DNA of 64,000 nt from Chthoniobacteraceae bacterium (GTDB taxonomy: Bacteria > Verrucomicrobiota > Verrucomicrobiia > Chthoniobacterales > Chthoniobacteraceae), in contig JBBCKI010000002.1 in NCBI GenBank assembly GCA_037190965.1, positions 32,001 to 96,000 of the forward strand, written 5' to 3'. This document shows positions 19,433 through 29,854 of this stretch, one piece after another. Both the position numbers and the translations under genes were made by a program. The notes under the pieces are model-generated. The model made no database searches. It was not told the origin of the DNA and worked only from the letters and a program-made list of their open reading frames with translations. Position 1 is the stretch's first letter, and every line of letters begins with the position of its first letter.

Positions 19433-19843
19433 ATGATACCGAAGATATCCCCCGCCGAATGGGAAGTGCTCAACATTGTTTGGGAACGCGCTCCCGTCAC
19501 CGGTCCCGAAGTCTACACGGCCTTGGCGAACGAGAGCCAATGGCATCCGAAAACCGTGAACACCTTTCTCGCTCGTTTGGAGGAAAAAGGCATTTTGGAA
19601 GTTCGCCGCGAGGGACGGGCCAATCTCTATTCTCCCAAGCTATCCCGGCAACAATGTGTGAAGCAGGAGAGCAGTTCTTTCCTTCAGCGAGTCTTCCGAG
19701 GCGCAGCAGCTCCTCTTCTCGCGCATTTTTGCGAGCAGGCCGATCTTTCCGATAAAGATATCTCTGAACTGCAGCGATTGCTCAAAGAGCGTTTGAAGGC
19801 AAAACGGGAGAAGCCGCAAACATCGGAAGGAACAAACCTATGA
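19433..19843 (+). CDS. BlaI/MecI/CopY family repressor
   Basis: ISPAEWEVLNIVW, WHPKTVNTFLARLEEKG. Confidence 0.93.
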   Translation: MIPKISPAEWEVLNIVWERAPVTGPEVYTALANESQWHPKTVNTFLARLEEKGILEVRREGRANLYSPKLSRQQCVKQESSSFLQRVFRGAAAPLLAHFCEQADLSDKDISELQRLLKERLKAKREKPQTSEGTNL

Positions 19844-21813
19844 TCTTCCTGGATTCCCTGTTCCTTACGTTCGCCGAGAGCTCCCTTCACGCTTCCGTTG
19901 CTCTCGCCTTGTTTCTCCTTCTTCGTCCGTGGCTGCGGCGGTGGATCGGCAGCCGATGGTTGGCGGTTCTCTGGGTTCTGTTACTTACAAGATTGCTACT
20001 GCCATTCGCGGTATCGTCTCCGTGGGGGGTGCTGCCCGGTTCCCGTCAAGTTTCCGGCCGCGTGGCTGTAGAAACGATGGAAACAACCGTGAGCGTGGGC
20101 GAAAAAAGAACTGCCACCCTTACAGAGAATGCCGGTGCAATGCTTCCGCCTCCAGCCTATGCAAGCACGATAACTGCCCGGCAAGTTCTGACTATTGGCT
20201 GGGTCTTGGGGATAATCTTCGGAGTGGGAAGGCTGGCCATGGGAATCCGAAAGACTCGCCGCCTCGCGGCGGGGACACTCCCGGCCACCGATGCGCGTTT
20301 GCTGGCGGTCTTCCATGCCATAACCCCAGAGTTGAGGGGGAACGTTCGCCTAAGAATGACGGGAGCATCCGATATCCCCGTTCCCACCTTGGCTGGAAGT
20401 TTCCGCCCGCAAATCTGGATTCCCCGGGAATGGCCCGACCGCCTCACGCCCGATGAGATGCGGCATGTCTTACTGCATGAACTGGGTCACGCCCGCCGGC
20501 ACGACCTTTTGACTCAGAATTTGTTCGCGCTCGCGCTTTGCCTGCACTGGTTCAACCCGCTCGTCTGGCTGGCGGCCCGATATGCAAGGCAGGACCGGGA
20601 GATGGCATGCGATGCCTGGGTTCTCGTGCGCATGGACGAAACCGATTTGGAAAGGTACGGGATGACTTTGATAAGGATGTCTCAATGGTTGCACGATTCG
20701 CTACCACCAAGGCCCGGAATGGTCACTATGGCCTCGGGCAAGGAGAACCTTACAATGCGAATCCAAGGCATCAGTAAGTTCTCTCCTGCTTCCGTATGGC
20801 GCGGACTGACAGCTCTTACGACAATGGCAGCCCTCCTGGCATCGCTGACGACAACCACGACGGCAAAAGAAGAAAGGGATGCATCGGTTCCTCAACGGTC
20901 CACGGCAACAGCGACCGGCTCCGGCGAACTCGAAACCGCAGACCCGCAAGTGACCACTGAAATCCTTTGCGTCACCATGACGGAATCCGCAGAGCGCGAC
21001 GTGATTGAAAAGGCCAGCGCCTCCTTGTCAGGCATGGTAATCGATTCCCCCCTTTCCGGATTCGCAGGCGTTCTGATGCCGGAGGATTTCGCAAAAGTTA
21101 AAGAGTCCCTGACAAACTCAGGTGCCGACATGCTGAGTACACCAAAGATTTCGGCGCGTTTGGAGCAAAGCGCCACGATGAAAATCGCTCGCCAGCTTCG
21201 CTATGCCACTGAATTCAAACGGGATGAGAAAGCTCCCTATGAAATCAGCGCCACGGCGTTTGATACTCAAGATGTTGGCCTGTCAGTTACAACGACGAGC
21301 AGCGAAGCCGATGACGGGATAATCCAGCTGCATTTCATCGTAGAGAACGTGGAACTGCTAGGATTCAATCTATTTACTGAACCGGGATCACCCTATATCC
21401 CTGTCAGCGAAAAGAAGCAGAGCCACTTCGAAATGATCGATGCTCCCCTTCCTTATCCGAAGAAACCTTTTCAACCGGTCTTCAATACGCGAAGACTGGA
21501 GTCTACCGTGAGTCTCTGGCCTGGCCAGGTACTCGTGTTTCGACTGAAAAAAAGTCCGCCCCAGGTAAAAACCGGAGAATACAGCCCCGAAGTCTTGTGG
21601 GTGTTTGCAACCGTAACCTATCCGAACGCGGCGGAAGGAGAAAAGTTTGTCCCTACAAAGAAGACTTTAACCGGCGTCGCTAAGGATGGAGATGGGACGG
21701 CATTCATCCTCGACCCTGACGCGCCGGATGCCGGAAAGGTCGACATTACCGGCTTCAAAAAAGGAATGGAAATCAAATCGCCTTTTACGGGAAAGGTCCT
21801 GCCAGTTCCATAG
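19840..21813 (+). CDS. BlaR1/M56 family metallopeptidase sensor with secretin-like C-terminal region
   Basis: LLHELGH, HWFNPLVW, REMACD. C-terminal LSTPKI...DVGLSV...QPVFNTRRLESTVSL resembles a secretin domain. Confidence 0.85.
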   Translation: MIFLDSLFLTFAESSLHASVALALFLLLRPWLRRWIGSRWLAVLWVLLLTRLLLPFAVSSPWGVLPGSRQVSGRVAVETMETTVSVGEKRTATLTENAGAMLPPPAYASTITARQVLTIGWVLGIIFGVGRLAMGIRKTRRLAAGTLPATDARLLAVFHAITPELRGNVRLRMTGASDIPVPTLAGSFRPQIWIPREWPDRLTPDEMRHVLLHELGHARRHDLLTQNLFALALCLHWFNPLVWLAARYARQDREMACDAWVLVRMDETDLERYGMTLIRMSQWLHDSLPPRPGMVTMASGKENLTMRIQGISKFSPASVWRGLTALTTMAALLASLTTTTTAKEERDASVPQRSTATATGSGELETADPQVTTEILCVTMTESAERDVIEKASASLSGMVIDSPLSGFAGVLMPEDFAKVKESLTNSGADMLSTPKISARLEQSATMKIARQLRYATEFKRDEKAPYEISATAFDTQDVGLSVTTTSSEADDGIIQLHFIVENVELLGFNLFTEPGSPYIPVSEKKQSHFEMIDAPLPYPKKPFQPVFNTRRLESTVSLWPGQVLVFRLKKSPPQVKTGEYSPEVLWVFATVTYPNAAEGEKFVPTKKTLTGVAKDGDGTAFILDPDAPDAGKVDITGFKKGMEIKSPFTGKVLPVP

Positions 21814-21838
21814 CCGAACTTTCTCATTCAAAAAACAA

Positions 21839-21866
21839 GCCCGGGGAGGATCGCTCCTCCCCGGGC
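21839..21866 (-). terminator. Intrinsic terminator (DUF3313 gene; possibly bidirectional)
   Basis: GCCCGGGGAGGA-TCGC-TCCTCCCCGGGC stem, followed on the minus strand by TTGTTTTTT, between convergent genes. Confidence 0.75.
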
Positions 21867-21887
21867 CCGCCTATACCCCTCCAACAA

Positions 21888-22667
21888 TCAGAAAGGATTG
21901 AGGGTGATTCCCGATGAACCACGAACCCGATGGTTGCGCGGCGTGCGGGAAAGCTGATCGACCTGCCGGGCCCACTCATCGATGGCCCTGCGGTCATGCC
22001 CATAAGGTGAAAAGTCGCGGACGGAGAACAGCGAGGTTTTATCCTGCGCGCGATCGGCAAACTGCATCAAGACCTCTCCGGTCTCGCCGTTGCGCAGTTT
22101 TCCTTCAACCGCGATCTTGCCCCTCGTAAACTGGGAACCGAGGAATCCCGCGCCGGGCACGATCACCTGTGCGCCGGTCTTCACGGCGTTTGCCGCGGCG
22201 TTGCTTGGGTTCAATTCAACGAGAGCCAGCTCCAGCACCAGCGTTTTCGGCCCTCCTTTTTTGGCAAGCCGGTACTTCCCTCCCTTGCTGATTTCCCTCT
22301 CGAAACTCGAGCGCATGTAGTTGGCCATCTCTCCCACGGGACGCGTCTCCTTACCGCCCTTGCGGGCGAAGAGGTCGCTCCGGCTACGGAGGTGATCCAC
22401 ATTCACAGGCGCTACAACGATATTGTTGAAGCCGTTTACCTTGGCCCATGCCTTGGGCGATGGATTTCGCCAGTATTTATTGAAAGGGGCTCGTTTGTGG
22501 TCGGAGGAAAGTTGTTGGGGATGGTCTAGAAATGACGATACGGGGGCGGGGCTCGCTTTGAACAGCCCTGCCTCCGCGGTCGTTCCAGCCGTTATTGAAA
22601 CAGCCGTCAGTACGGCAAGGGCCAGCGCGGGAGCCGCCAGCCGTGATCCGAAGATGATAGATTTCAT
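21888..22667 (-). CDS. DUF3313-like exported protein
   Basis: Signal peptide; LELALVELNPS, IAVEGKLRNGETGEVLMQFADR, IDEWA. Confidence 0.72.
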   Translation of the reverse strand: MKSIIFGSRLAAPALALAVLTAVSITAGTTAEAGLFKASPAPVSSFLDHPQQLSSDHKRAPFNKYWRNPSPKAWAKVNGFNNIVVAPVNVDHLRSRSDLFARKGGKETRPVGEMANYMRSSFEREISKGGKYRLAKKGGPKTLVLELALVELNPSNAAANAVKTGAQVIVPGAGFLGSQFTRGKIAVEGKLRNGETGEVLMQFADRAQDKTSLFSVRDFSPYGHDRRAIDEWARQVDQLSRTPRNHRVRGSSGITLNPF

Positions 22668-22750
22668 GATTAATCGCTCTTATCACTCCTTTCGGGGAGC
22701 CCGCCGTGTTTGCGTTTACGGGTTTACCGATTCCGGTGTAAGGTGCCCGC

Positions 22751-25700
22751 TTGCAGCCAGAGCCCGTCATCCCAGTCCCCATCGAGATTCCTTACCCGCC
22801 TGATCTCCCGGTCAGCGCCCGTCGTGAGGAGATCCTCGCTGCGGTGCGTACGCATCAGGTGGTGATCGTCGCGGGCGAGACCGGCTCGGGTAAAACGACG
22901 CAACTCCCGAAGATGTGCCTGGAAGCAGGGCTCGCCGAGCGCGGGCGCATCGGTTGCACCCAACCCCGGCGCGTCGCGGCGATGAGCGTTTCCCGCCGCG
23001 TGGCCGAAGAGCTTGCCCCTCTCGGCTACACCTGGGGCCGGGAGGTCGGCTGCAAGATGCGGTTCAACGACGACACCAGCCGAGAGACGCGAATCAAGTT
23101 CATGACGGACGGCATTCTCCTCGCGGAGATCCAGTCAGACCCACTCCTGCGCGCCTACTCGACACTGATCCTCGACGAGGCCCACGAGCGCTCGCTCAAC
23201 ATCGACTTTCTCCTCGGATACCTGCAGGGGCTGCTCAAGCGCCGGGCCGATCTCAAGGTAATCATCACCTCGGCCACCATCGACACGGAGGCGTTTTCCG
23301 AGGCCTTTGGAGGGATCGAAAGCGCGCCGATCATCGAGGTTTCCGGGCGGCTTTTCCCGGTGGAGATCCGCTACGCACCGATCGCCTCGGACGAAGAAGG
23401 GATCGGCCACGTCGAAGCCGCCGCGCGCGCGGCGGAAGAGGCTCTCATTGAGTCGGACTCCGGCGACGTGCTCGTCTTCATGCCGACGGAGCGTGACATC
23501 CGCGAAACACGCGAGTTGCTGGAGAGCAACCTCGGCCCGAGCATCGACGTGCTGGGGCTCTTTGGCAGGATGCCCGCCGCCGAGCAGCAGCGAATCTTCT
23601 CCCCGGAGGGACGGCGGCGCGTCATCGTCGCCACCAATGTCGCGGAGACTTCGCTCACCATCCCGCGCATCGGCACTGTGATCGACACCGGGCTGGCGCG
23701 CATCAGCCGCTACAACCCGCGTACCCGCACCAAGCGGCTCCCCGTCGAGGCGATCTCGCAAAGCAGCGCCAATCAACGCGCAGGCCGCGCCGGACGCATC
23801 AGCGACGGCCTCTGCATCCGCCTTTACGACGAGGACGATTTCGAGAAACGCCCGCGCTTCACCCAACCGGAGATCCAACGGGCGAACCTCGCCGAGGTGA
23901 TCCTGCGAATGAAGGCGTTCCGGCTCGGCGAGGTCGAAACCTTCCCGTTCCTCAACCCGCCGCTGCCGCAGGCGATCCGGGCGGGATATCAGCTTTTGGA
24001 GGAACTCGGCGCGCTGACGCAGTCAACACCGGGCACCGGGTACGACCTGACGCCGCTGGGGCGCGAACTCGCCCGACTGCCCGTGGACCCTACCCTCGGG
24101 AGGATGCTCCTCCAGGCCCGGGAAGAAGGCGCGCTCCCCGAGATGCTGGTCATCGCGGCAGGGCTGAGCGTTCCTGATCCCCGCGAGCGCCCGGAGGACG
24201 CCAAGGAAGCGGCCAACGCGGCTCACAAGCTCTTCGCGCATCCCGAGTCCGATTTTCTGACGCTTCTCAACCTCTGGAAAGCTGCTCCCGCGCTGGAGGG
24301 AGGAGCAGTCCGCACCAGCCGCAACGCCCTGCGCCGGTTCTGCAAAACCAACTTCCTTTCGCTCACCCGAATGCGGGAATGGCGCGACGTTTACCGGCAA
24401 TTGGAAGAGACGATGCGGGGGACCGGAAAGCGGCGACCGGAGGCCGGAAAGAATTGCGGAAAGAAAGAAGAAGAGGTTTATGCGGCGGTGCATCGCTCGA
24501 TTCTGGCGGGGTTGCTGGGGCAGATCGCGCAGCGGGAGGAACGGAATGCTTATAAGGCTTCCGGGAGTCGCGCGGTGACGCTTTTTCCGGGATCCCATCT
24601 TTATGAGCGACCCGCCAAGCGGCCCAAACCGACGGAAGCGGCGGGGAATCAAGCTGCGAAGGATCCCAAGCCGAAGCAACCGGCGTGGATTGTGGCGGGT
24701 GAAATTGTGCAAACCTCGCAGCTTTTCGCGCGCACGGTGGCGCGGATCGACCCGCAATGGGTGGTCGATCTCGGTTCGCACCTCTGCCGGTTCCGCCACA
24801 CGCATCCCCAATGGAGTCTGCGAGCGGGGCGCGTGCTGGTTTGGGAGCGGGCGCTCATTCATGGGCTGGAGGTTTTCAAGCGGCAGATCGATTTCGGCCG
24901 CGTCGCCCCCGCTGAGGCGACCGAGCTTTTCATCAGGGGCGCGCTGGTTGGCGATGGCGAGACTCCGCTTCCGCGAATTCAGCATCGGTTCTTTACGGAG
25001 AACGCCCGGCTGCGCGAGCGGGTTGCCACCGCTCTTACGAAAGTCCGCAGCAGCCGCGTTCACGATCTCGACGAGACCTTTTACCGCTTCTATGCGGCTC
25101 GGATCGAGCGCGCTTCCAGCATCCACGATCTCGACAAGCTAGTGCGCGCGCGCATCGGCAAGGAACCCGATTTCCTATGCGCCACCGAGGCCGATATTCT
25201 GGAGGAAGGCGCGGCGCTTGGCCACGAAGCCTTCCCGGATCAAGCCCCGCTGGGCAATACCGTCATTCCCCTCACCTACACCTACAACCCCGGCGAGGAA
25301 ACGGATGGCGTGACGCTGCGGGTGCCGCTCCCTCTGGCGGGAAGCCTGACAACAGGGCGCTTACATTGGATGATACCGGGTCTGCGCCAGGAACAGGCTG
25401 GCGCGCTGCTGCGGACATTGCCCAAGGTGCACCGCAAGGCGCTCGCCCCTCTTGAGCCCAAGATCGTCGAGATTGCCCGCGACTTCGACCCCGGCGACCG
25501 CGATCTTTTCGTGGCGCTCTCGCAGTTTGTCGAAAGCCGCTACCGGGTCGCGGTCCCGCCCGGCGACTGGCCGACCCTCCCCGACTACTTGCGCCCCCGG
25601 GTGGAAGTGATCGACCGACGCAACAAAACCGTCGCCACCGGGCGCGATCTTGAGGCGCTCCGCGCTCGCGCCGAAAACCTTGGCACCGAGTCGGGCGCCT

Positions 25701-26710
25701 GGGACCGTGCCGCGCGCCGTTGGGAGAAAACGGGGCTCGCCTCATGGACCTTTGGCAACCTGCCGGAGTCGATCCCCGTGGAGGAGATCGGCGGCGCGCC
25801 GCTGCTTGCCTATCCCGGACTCGTGCTTCGCCCGGGCGGCGAAGTCGATCTGAAGCTCTTCCGAAAACGCGAGGAGGCCGATTCCGCCAGTGTTGCCGGG
25901 GTGCGCCGTCTTGCCGAACGGCTGCTGGAAAGCGATCTGGCACGGTTTACCCGGGAGTTCGACGATGCCCGGAGACTTCCCGCTTCTCCAGCGGGCAAAC
26001 CCGCGTCCACCAACAAGGGCATCACAAGCCTTGGAGATCTGCTGGGCGATCTCGGTCATAAGATCCAAGCGCCAAACGCCCGCGCTCAGGCAAATGCGGC
26101 CCGACCTTCCATGCCCGCCTTCAAGACGGCTCCAGCCAAGACAACGCCTCCCAAGCCGGTCTCCCCACTCTCGAAACTGACGGAAGGCGCGCGCCGTTGC
26201 GCCGCCGAACAACTCCTCACGCTTGCCCCGCCCTCTCCCCTGACGGAGCGACGCTTTCACGACTTATGCGAAAATGCCCGCCGCGAATTCTCTTCGCTGG
26301 CGCGCAAGATCGGCCCGCTGGCCGCACAAATCCTTGGTCTGCGGGAAACCGTGCTCGCCGCACCGAAGCGCCACGCCTCCCTGGAGGAAGATCTCGCGCG
26401 ACTGGTGCCGGAGGATTTTCTCGCTTCCACCCCGTTTACGCAGTTGCCGAATCTTCCGCGCTACCTGCGAGCCGTTCAGTTGCGCGCCGAGCGGGCCTGG
26501 ATCAACCCGGCCAAAGACGCCGAAAAGGCAAAGCAACTCGCCCCGTTTGCAAACTGGCGGACCGACCTCCAGTCGCTATCCCACGAAAAACGCGAAGCGT
26601 TCCGTTGGCTGCTGGAGGAGTTCCGGGTCTCGCTCTTTGCCCAGGAATTAGGCACCGCGCAACCGGTCTCGGCACAGCGGCTGGAGCGTTTCGTGAAAGA
26701 GAGTTCCTGA
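22751..26710 (+). CDS. hrpA: ATP-dependent RNA helicase HrpA (DEAH box, DUF3418 C-terminus)
   Basis: GETGSGKTT, TQPRR, DEAHER, SAT, QRAGRAGR, and C-terminal LEEFRVSLFAQELGT. Confidence 0.94.
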   Translation: MQPEPVIPVPIEIPYPPDLPVSARREEILAAVRTHQVVIVAGETGSGKTTQLPKMCLEAGLAERGRIGCTQPRRVAAMSVSRRVAEELAPLGYTWGREVGCKMRFNDDTSRETRIKFMTDGILLAEIQSDPLLRAYSTLILDEAHERSLNIDFLLGYLQGLLKRRADLKVIITSATIDTEAFSEAFGGIESAPIIEVSGRLFPVEIRYAPIASDEEGIGHVEAAARAAEEALIESDSGDVLVFMPTERDIRETRELLESNLGPSIDVLGLFGRMPAAEQQRIFSPEGRRRVIVATNVAETSLTIPRIGTVIDTGLARISRYNPRTRTKRLPVEAISQSSANQRAGRAGRISDGLCIRLYDEDDFEKRPRFTQPEIQRANLAEVILRMKAFRLGEVETFPFLNPPLPQAIRAGYQLLEELGALTQSTPGTGYDLTPLGRELARLPVDPTLGRMLLQAREEGALPEMLVIAAGLSVPDPRERPEDAKEAANAAHKLFAHPESDFLTLLNLWKAAPALEGGAVRTSRNALRRFCKTNFLSLTRMREWRDVYRQLEETMRGTGKRRPEAGKNCGKKEEEVYAAVHRSILAGLLGQIAQREERNAYKASGSRAVTLFPGSHLYERPAKRPKPTEAAGNQAAKDPKPKQPAWIVAGEIVQTSQLFARTVARIDPQWVVDLGSHLCRFRHTHPQWSLRAGRVLVWERALIHGLEVFKRQIDFGRVAPAEATELFIRGALVGDGETPLPRIQHRFFTENARLRERVATALTKVRSSRVHDLDETFYRFYAARIERASSIHDLDKLVRARIGKEPDFLCATEADILEEGAALGHEAFPDQAPLGNTVIPLTYTYNPGEETDGVTLRVPLPLAGSLTTGRLHWMIPGLRQEQAGALLRTLPKVHRKALAPLEPKIVEIARDFDPGDRDLFVALSQFVESRYRVAVPPGDWPTLPDYLRPRVEVIDRRNKTVATGRDLEALRARAENLGTESGAWDRAARRWEKTGLASWTFGNLPESIPVEEIGGAPLLAYPGLVLRPGGEVDLKLFRKREEADSASVAGVRRLAERLLESDLARFTREFDDARRLPASPAGKPASTNKGITSLGDLLGDLGHKIQAPNARAQANAARPSMPAFKTAPAKTTPPKPVSPLSKLTEGARRCAAEQLLTLAPPSPLTERRFHDLCENARREFSSLARKIGPLAAQILGLRETVLAAPKRHASLEEDLARLVPEDFLASTPFTQLPNLPRYLRAVQLRAERAWINPAKDAEKAKQLAPFANWRTDLQSLSHEKREAFRWLLEEFRVSLFAQELGTAQPVSAQRLERFVKESS

Positions 26711-26771
26711 AGAAAACAAGGTACCCTCCAATACGACTGGAGGCGGCCCTGAACCGTATGAATCGGCCTGC

Positions 26772-27149
26772 TCAGGAAAGGAACGTCCGGCGACGACGCC
26801 AATAGTTCATTCCCACAAGGAGCCCGGTGCCCGCCGCCAGCACGGCTGCGACGGAAGGTTCGGGAATTTCGATCGTGGCGCGATCCTCCTTTTTATCTTC
26901 TTTCGCCGCCGAAGGAGAAGAAGCCGGACTTGTGACGGCCAGATTGAGGCCCTTCGTTGTCGCGCTCTTCAAATCTGTCAGAGCGGAATCGGAAGTTCCG
27001 CCATCGATTGCCTGAGGCTTATGAAACTCGCTCAGAACTTGTGGCTGATCTGCAGCTCTGATGCTGCCACCGTGGAGCCCCAAGAAAATAATAGAGGCTG
27101 CTACAAACCGAAGTCCGCAGAAGCGGACCGACTGGCACGAAATTTGCAT
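26772..27149 (-). CDS. Small PEP-CTERM sorting-domain protein
   Basis: Signal peptide, short low-complexity body, IPEPS-TM-RRRR. Confidence 0.75.
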   Translation of the reverse strand: MQISCQSVRFCGLRFVAASIIFLGLHGGSIRAADQPQVLSEFHKPQAIDGGTSDSALTDLKSATTKGLNLAVTSPASSPSAAKEDKKEDRATIEIPEPSVAAVLAAGTGLLVGMNYWRRRRTFLS

Positions 27150-27341
27150 TCTCAGAAAAGAGGGAAACCAACCCAATTTCTAACCTTAACACCCCCTCTA
27201 CTCAAGACATATTTTCGTACATTTGCGACCAACCCTCGATAATCATCTAGCAATTCTGCGAAAAACATACCAACGCGCGACGGAGGGCTCTACAAAAAAT
27301 AACACCCCATACCCGACGGTATATCGGTGAAATCGAGACAC

Positions 27342-28958
27342 TCAATTCACCGCCGACGCCTCGGGAGTCGTCTTGGAATCCGCAGAAAGATCGAAAAGCG
27401 GCACGCCGGGGTTTTCCCGCTGGAAGTAATTGAGCGTCCACGTGCTAGGGAACAGCACCACAGGTTGTTCGCCGGAGTCATAGGCGACGCGGCATCCGGT
27501 GGGGAGCTTCAAGGCGTCGAGCTCGCTCGCCGTCGTCCCCTCCCGCAGCCACTTGAGAATCTCCCACGGCACCGATTCCAGTCGCGACGGCGCGCCGTAC
27601 TCGCTTTCCAACCGGTATTGCACCACCTCAAATTGCAGCGGCCCAACCGCCGCCAGAAGCGGCACCCGTTGCCCCGAATCCCGCAGGTAGAAAACCTGCA
27701 TGACCCCCTCCTGCAACAACTGGTCGAGGCCCTGGCGGAACTGCTTGAACTTGCCGGGGTTCGGGTTTTGCAGATAGGCAAAACACTCCGGGGCAAACCG
27801 GGGAATCTCGTTATAAAGCACCGTGCCATCCTCGGTCAGCGTGTCGCCGATCCCAAACTCCGAATGCCCCACCAGCCCGACAATATCCCCCGCGAACGCC
27901 TCGTCCACCGTCTCGCGCTCCTGCCCGAAAAGCTTGTGTGAACTCGAAAGCCGCACCTTCTTGCCGGTGCGTGCGTGGGTCACCACCATGTCGCGCTCGA
28001 AGCGGCCCGAGCAGATGCGCAGGAACGCGATGCGATCGCGGTGCTTCGGGTCCATGTTGGCCTGAATCTTGAAGACGAAGCCGGAAAATGCCTTTTCATC
28101 GGGAGCCACCAGCCGTTCCGCCGAGCGGCGCGGCCCGGGGGGCGCGGAGCGTTCCAGAAAGGAATCGAGGAGCAGTTGAACCCCGAAGTTGTTCATCGCG
28201 CTACCGAAGAACACCGGCGTCAGTTCGCCCTTGAGCACGGCCTCGGCGGAATACTCCTTGCCCGCCATTTCGAGCATCTCCAGTTCCTCCACGGCGCGCG
28301 CGTAGTCGCCCGGGTCAAGCTGTTCACGCACGAGCGGGTCTTCCAGGCTGGTGATCGTCACCGGGGCGCGGTAAGCACCCGCCTTGGTCCGCTCGAAAAG
28401 ATGGAGGTCCTTGGTCTGGCGGTCAAAGACCCCCTTGAAGCCGAACCCGGTGCCCAGGGGCCAGTTGACGGGGAACGCGCCGATGCCGAGCACGCTCTCA
28501 AGTTCGTCCACCAGCTCCAGGGGATCGCGCGTCGGGCGGTCCACCTTGTTCATGAACGTAAAGATCGGCACGCCGCGACGGCGGCAAACCTCGAAAAGTT
28601 TGCGCGTCTGGGTCTCGATGCCCTTGCCCGAGTCGATCACCATCACGACGGCGTCCACGGCAGTGAGCACACGGTAGGTGTCCTCGGAGAAATCTTTGTG
28701 CCCGGGGGTGTCGAGAAGATTGACCCGGTAGCCATTGTAGTCGAACTGCAACACCGTGGAGCTGACGGAGATGCCCCGCTTGCGCTCAAGCTCCATCCAG
28801 TCCGAGGTCGCCGCCCGCTGGCTCTTGCGCGCCGTAACCGACCCGGCAAGCTGCACCGCGCCGCCGTAAAGCAGCAGCTTCTCGGTCAGCGTTGTCTTGC
28901 CCGCGTCCGGGTGGGAAATAATGGCAAACGTTCGCCTTCTGGAAATCTCTTCGCGCAT
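27342..28958 (-). CDS. prfC: Peptide chain release factor 3
   Basis: RRRTFAIISHPDAGKTT, DTPGHKDF, NKVD, FKIQANMDPKHRDRIAF. Confidence 0.96.
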   Translation of the reverse strand: MREEISRRRTFAIISHPDAGKTTLTEKLLLYGGAVQLAGSVTARKSQRAATSDWMELERKRGISVSSTVLQFDYNGYRVNLLDTPGHKDFSEDTYRVLTAVDAVVMVIDSGKGIETQTRKLFEVCRRRGVPIFTFMNKVDRPTRDPLELVDELESVLGIGAFPVNWPLGTGFGFKGVFDRQTKDLHLFERTKAGAYRAPVTITSLEDPLVREQLDPGDYARAVEELEMLEMAGKEYSAEAVLKGELTPVFFGSAMNNFGVQLLLDSFLERSAPPGPRRSAERLVAPDEKAFSGFVFKIQANMDPKHRDRIAFLRICSGRFERDMVVTHARTGKKVRLSSSHKLFGQERETVDEAFAGDIVGLVGHSEFGIGDTLTEDGTVLYNEIPRFAPECFAYLQNPNPGKFKQFRQGLDQLLQEGVMQVFYLRDSGQRVPLLAAVGPLQFEVVQYRLESEYGAPSRLESVPWEILKWLREGTTASELDALKLPTGCRVAYDSGEQPVVLFPSTWTLNYFQRENPGVPLFDLSADSKTTPEASAVN

Positions 28959-29012
28959 GATAGGTGCAAACCCCCAACTTGGGGCAAATCGCCCCGACGC
29001 GCAAGAAGAGTG

Positions 29013-29816
29013 TCAGCGCGGCAGAAGACGGGCGAGCCCGGCGATCTCGGTCTCGGAGAGAGCACGGCCGTAAATGGCAAGGCCGCCAAAAAGCCCCGTA
29101 AAGGGATTGGCGATGGCCGTCCCCGTTTCGACAAAGCCGCCATGACCGTCGGGAACCACACTGACCGGCCTGGCAACGGCGCCGATGGTAAAGTCGGCAT
29201 CCCCCTTGAGCAAAGCGCCGGGGTAATGGAACGGATTGCGCCCCGGTTCCCCCTGCGGCTCACGCACGTCGAGCACACCGTCGAGCCAGGCGCGGGCATG
29301 AATGCCATCGTAGCTGATCGCCACACAATGCCAGGTTTCGACGGAAACGGGGGTGGCCCCAATGGCAACATCCATGCAGTAAGGATGGCCCGGGGTGGGA
29401 CCTCCATGAGTGGAGACGTGAGCCCCCACCTGCTGCGCCGAGTCCCAAATACCCAGGTTCAAGAACATCCCGTACTGGCGGCGATAATGTTCATTCCAAA
29501 CGCCCGCAATGAACTGGCAGCCACTGTAAGAGGTGGGTTCCCGCTTGATCCAAGCAACGACCGTAACATGCGCCCCTTCGCCCCCTATGTTGAGAGCGGG
29601 AGCCTCGGCGGCGGTGGCAAAAAGGTAGTTCGCCGCCACAATGCCGTCGGCGCGGAACCGGAGCGAACGCTGGCCAAAGACACCCTCGCATTCATATTCC
29701 AAAGGGGCTCCGGAAGCATGAAGAGAAACAGGGACAGGTCCCCGGGATTGCAGGGTGTCATCCTGAAAATCCCAAAAGGCAACGAGAGCGGGAAGATCAA
29801 CGACAGAAGCGGTCAT
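29013..29816 (-). CDS. LamG/concanavalin A-like jellyroll domain protein
   Basis: LVAFWDF, TVVAWIK, WHCVAISYDG, IYGRALSETEI. No signal peptide. Confidence 0.72.
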   Translation of the reverse strand: MTASVVDLPALVAFWDFQDDTLQSRGPVPVSLHASGAPLEYECEGVFGQRSLRFRADGIVAANYLFATAAEAPALNIGGEGAHVTVVAWIKREPTSYSGCQFIAGVWNEHYRRQYGMFLNLGIWDSAQQVGAHVSTHGGPTPGHPYCMDVAIGATPVSVETWHCVAISYDGIHARAWLDGVLDVREPQGEPGRNPFHYPGALLKGDADFTIGAVARPVSVVPDGHGGFVETGTAIANPFTGLFGGLAIYGRALSETEIAGLARLLPR

Positions 29817-29854
29817 CTCCCGATCAATTGCGGAAATGCCGAATCAATTACAGC

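Noticed and set aside
19433..21813. Beta-lactam resistance locus
   Set aside because: Neither BlaI/BlaR1 pair has a penicillin-binding sensor domain or a neighbouring beta-lactamase.
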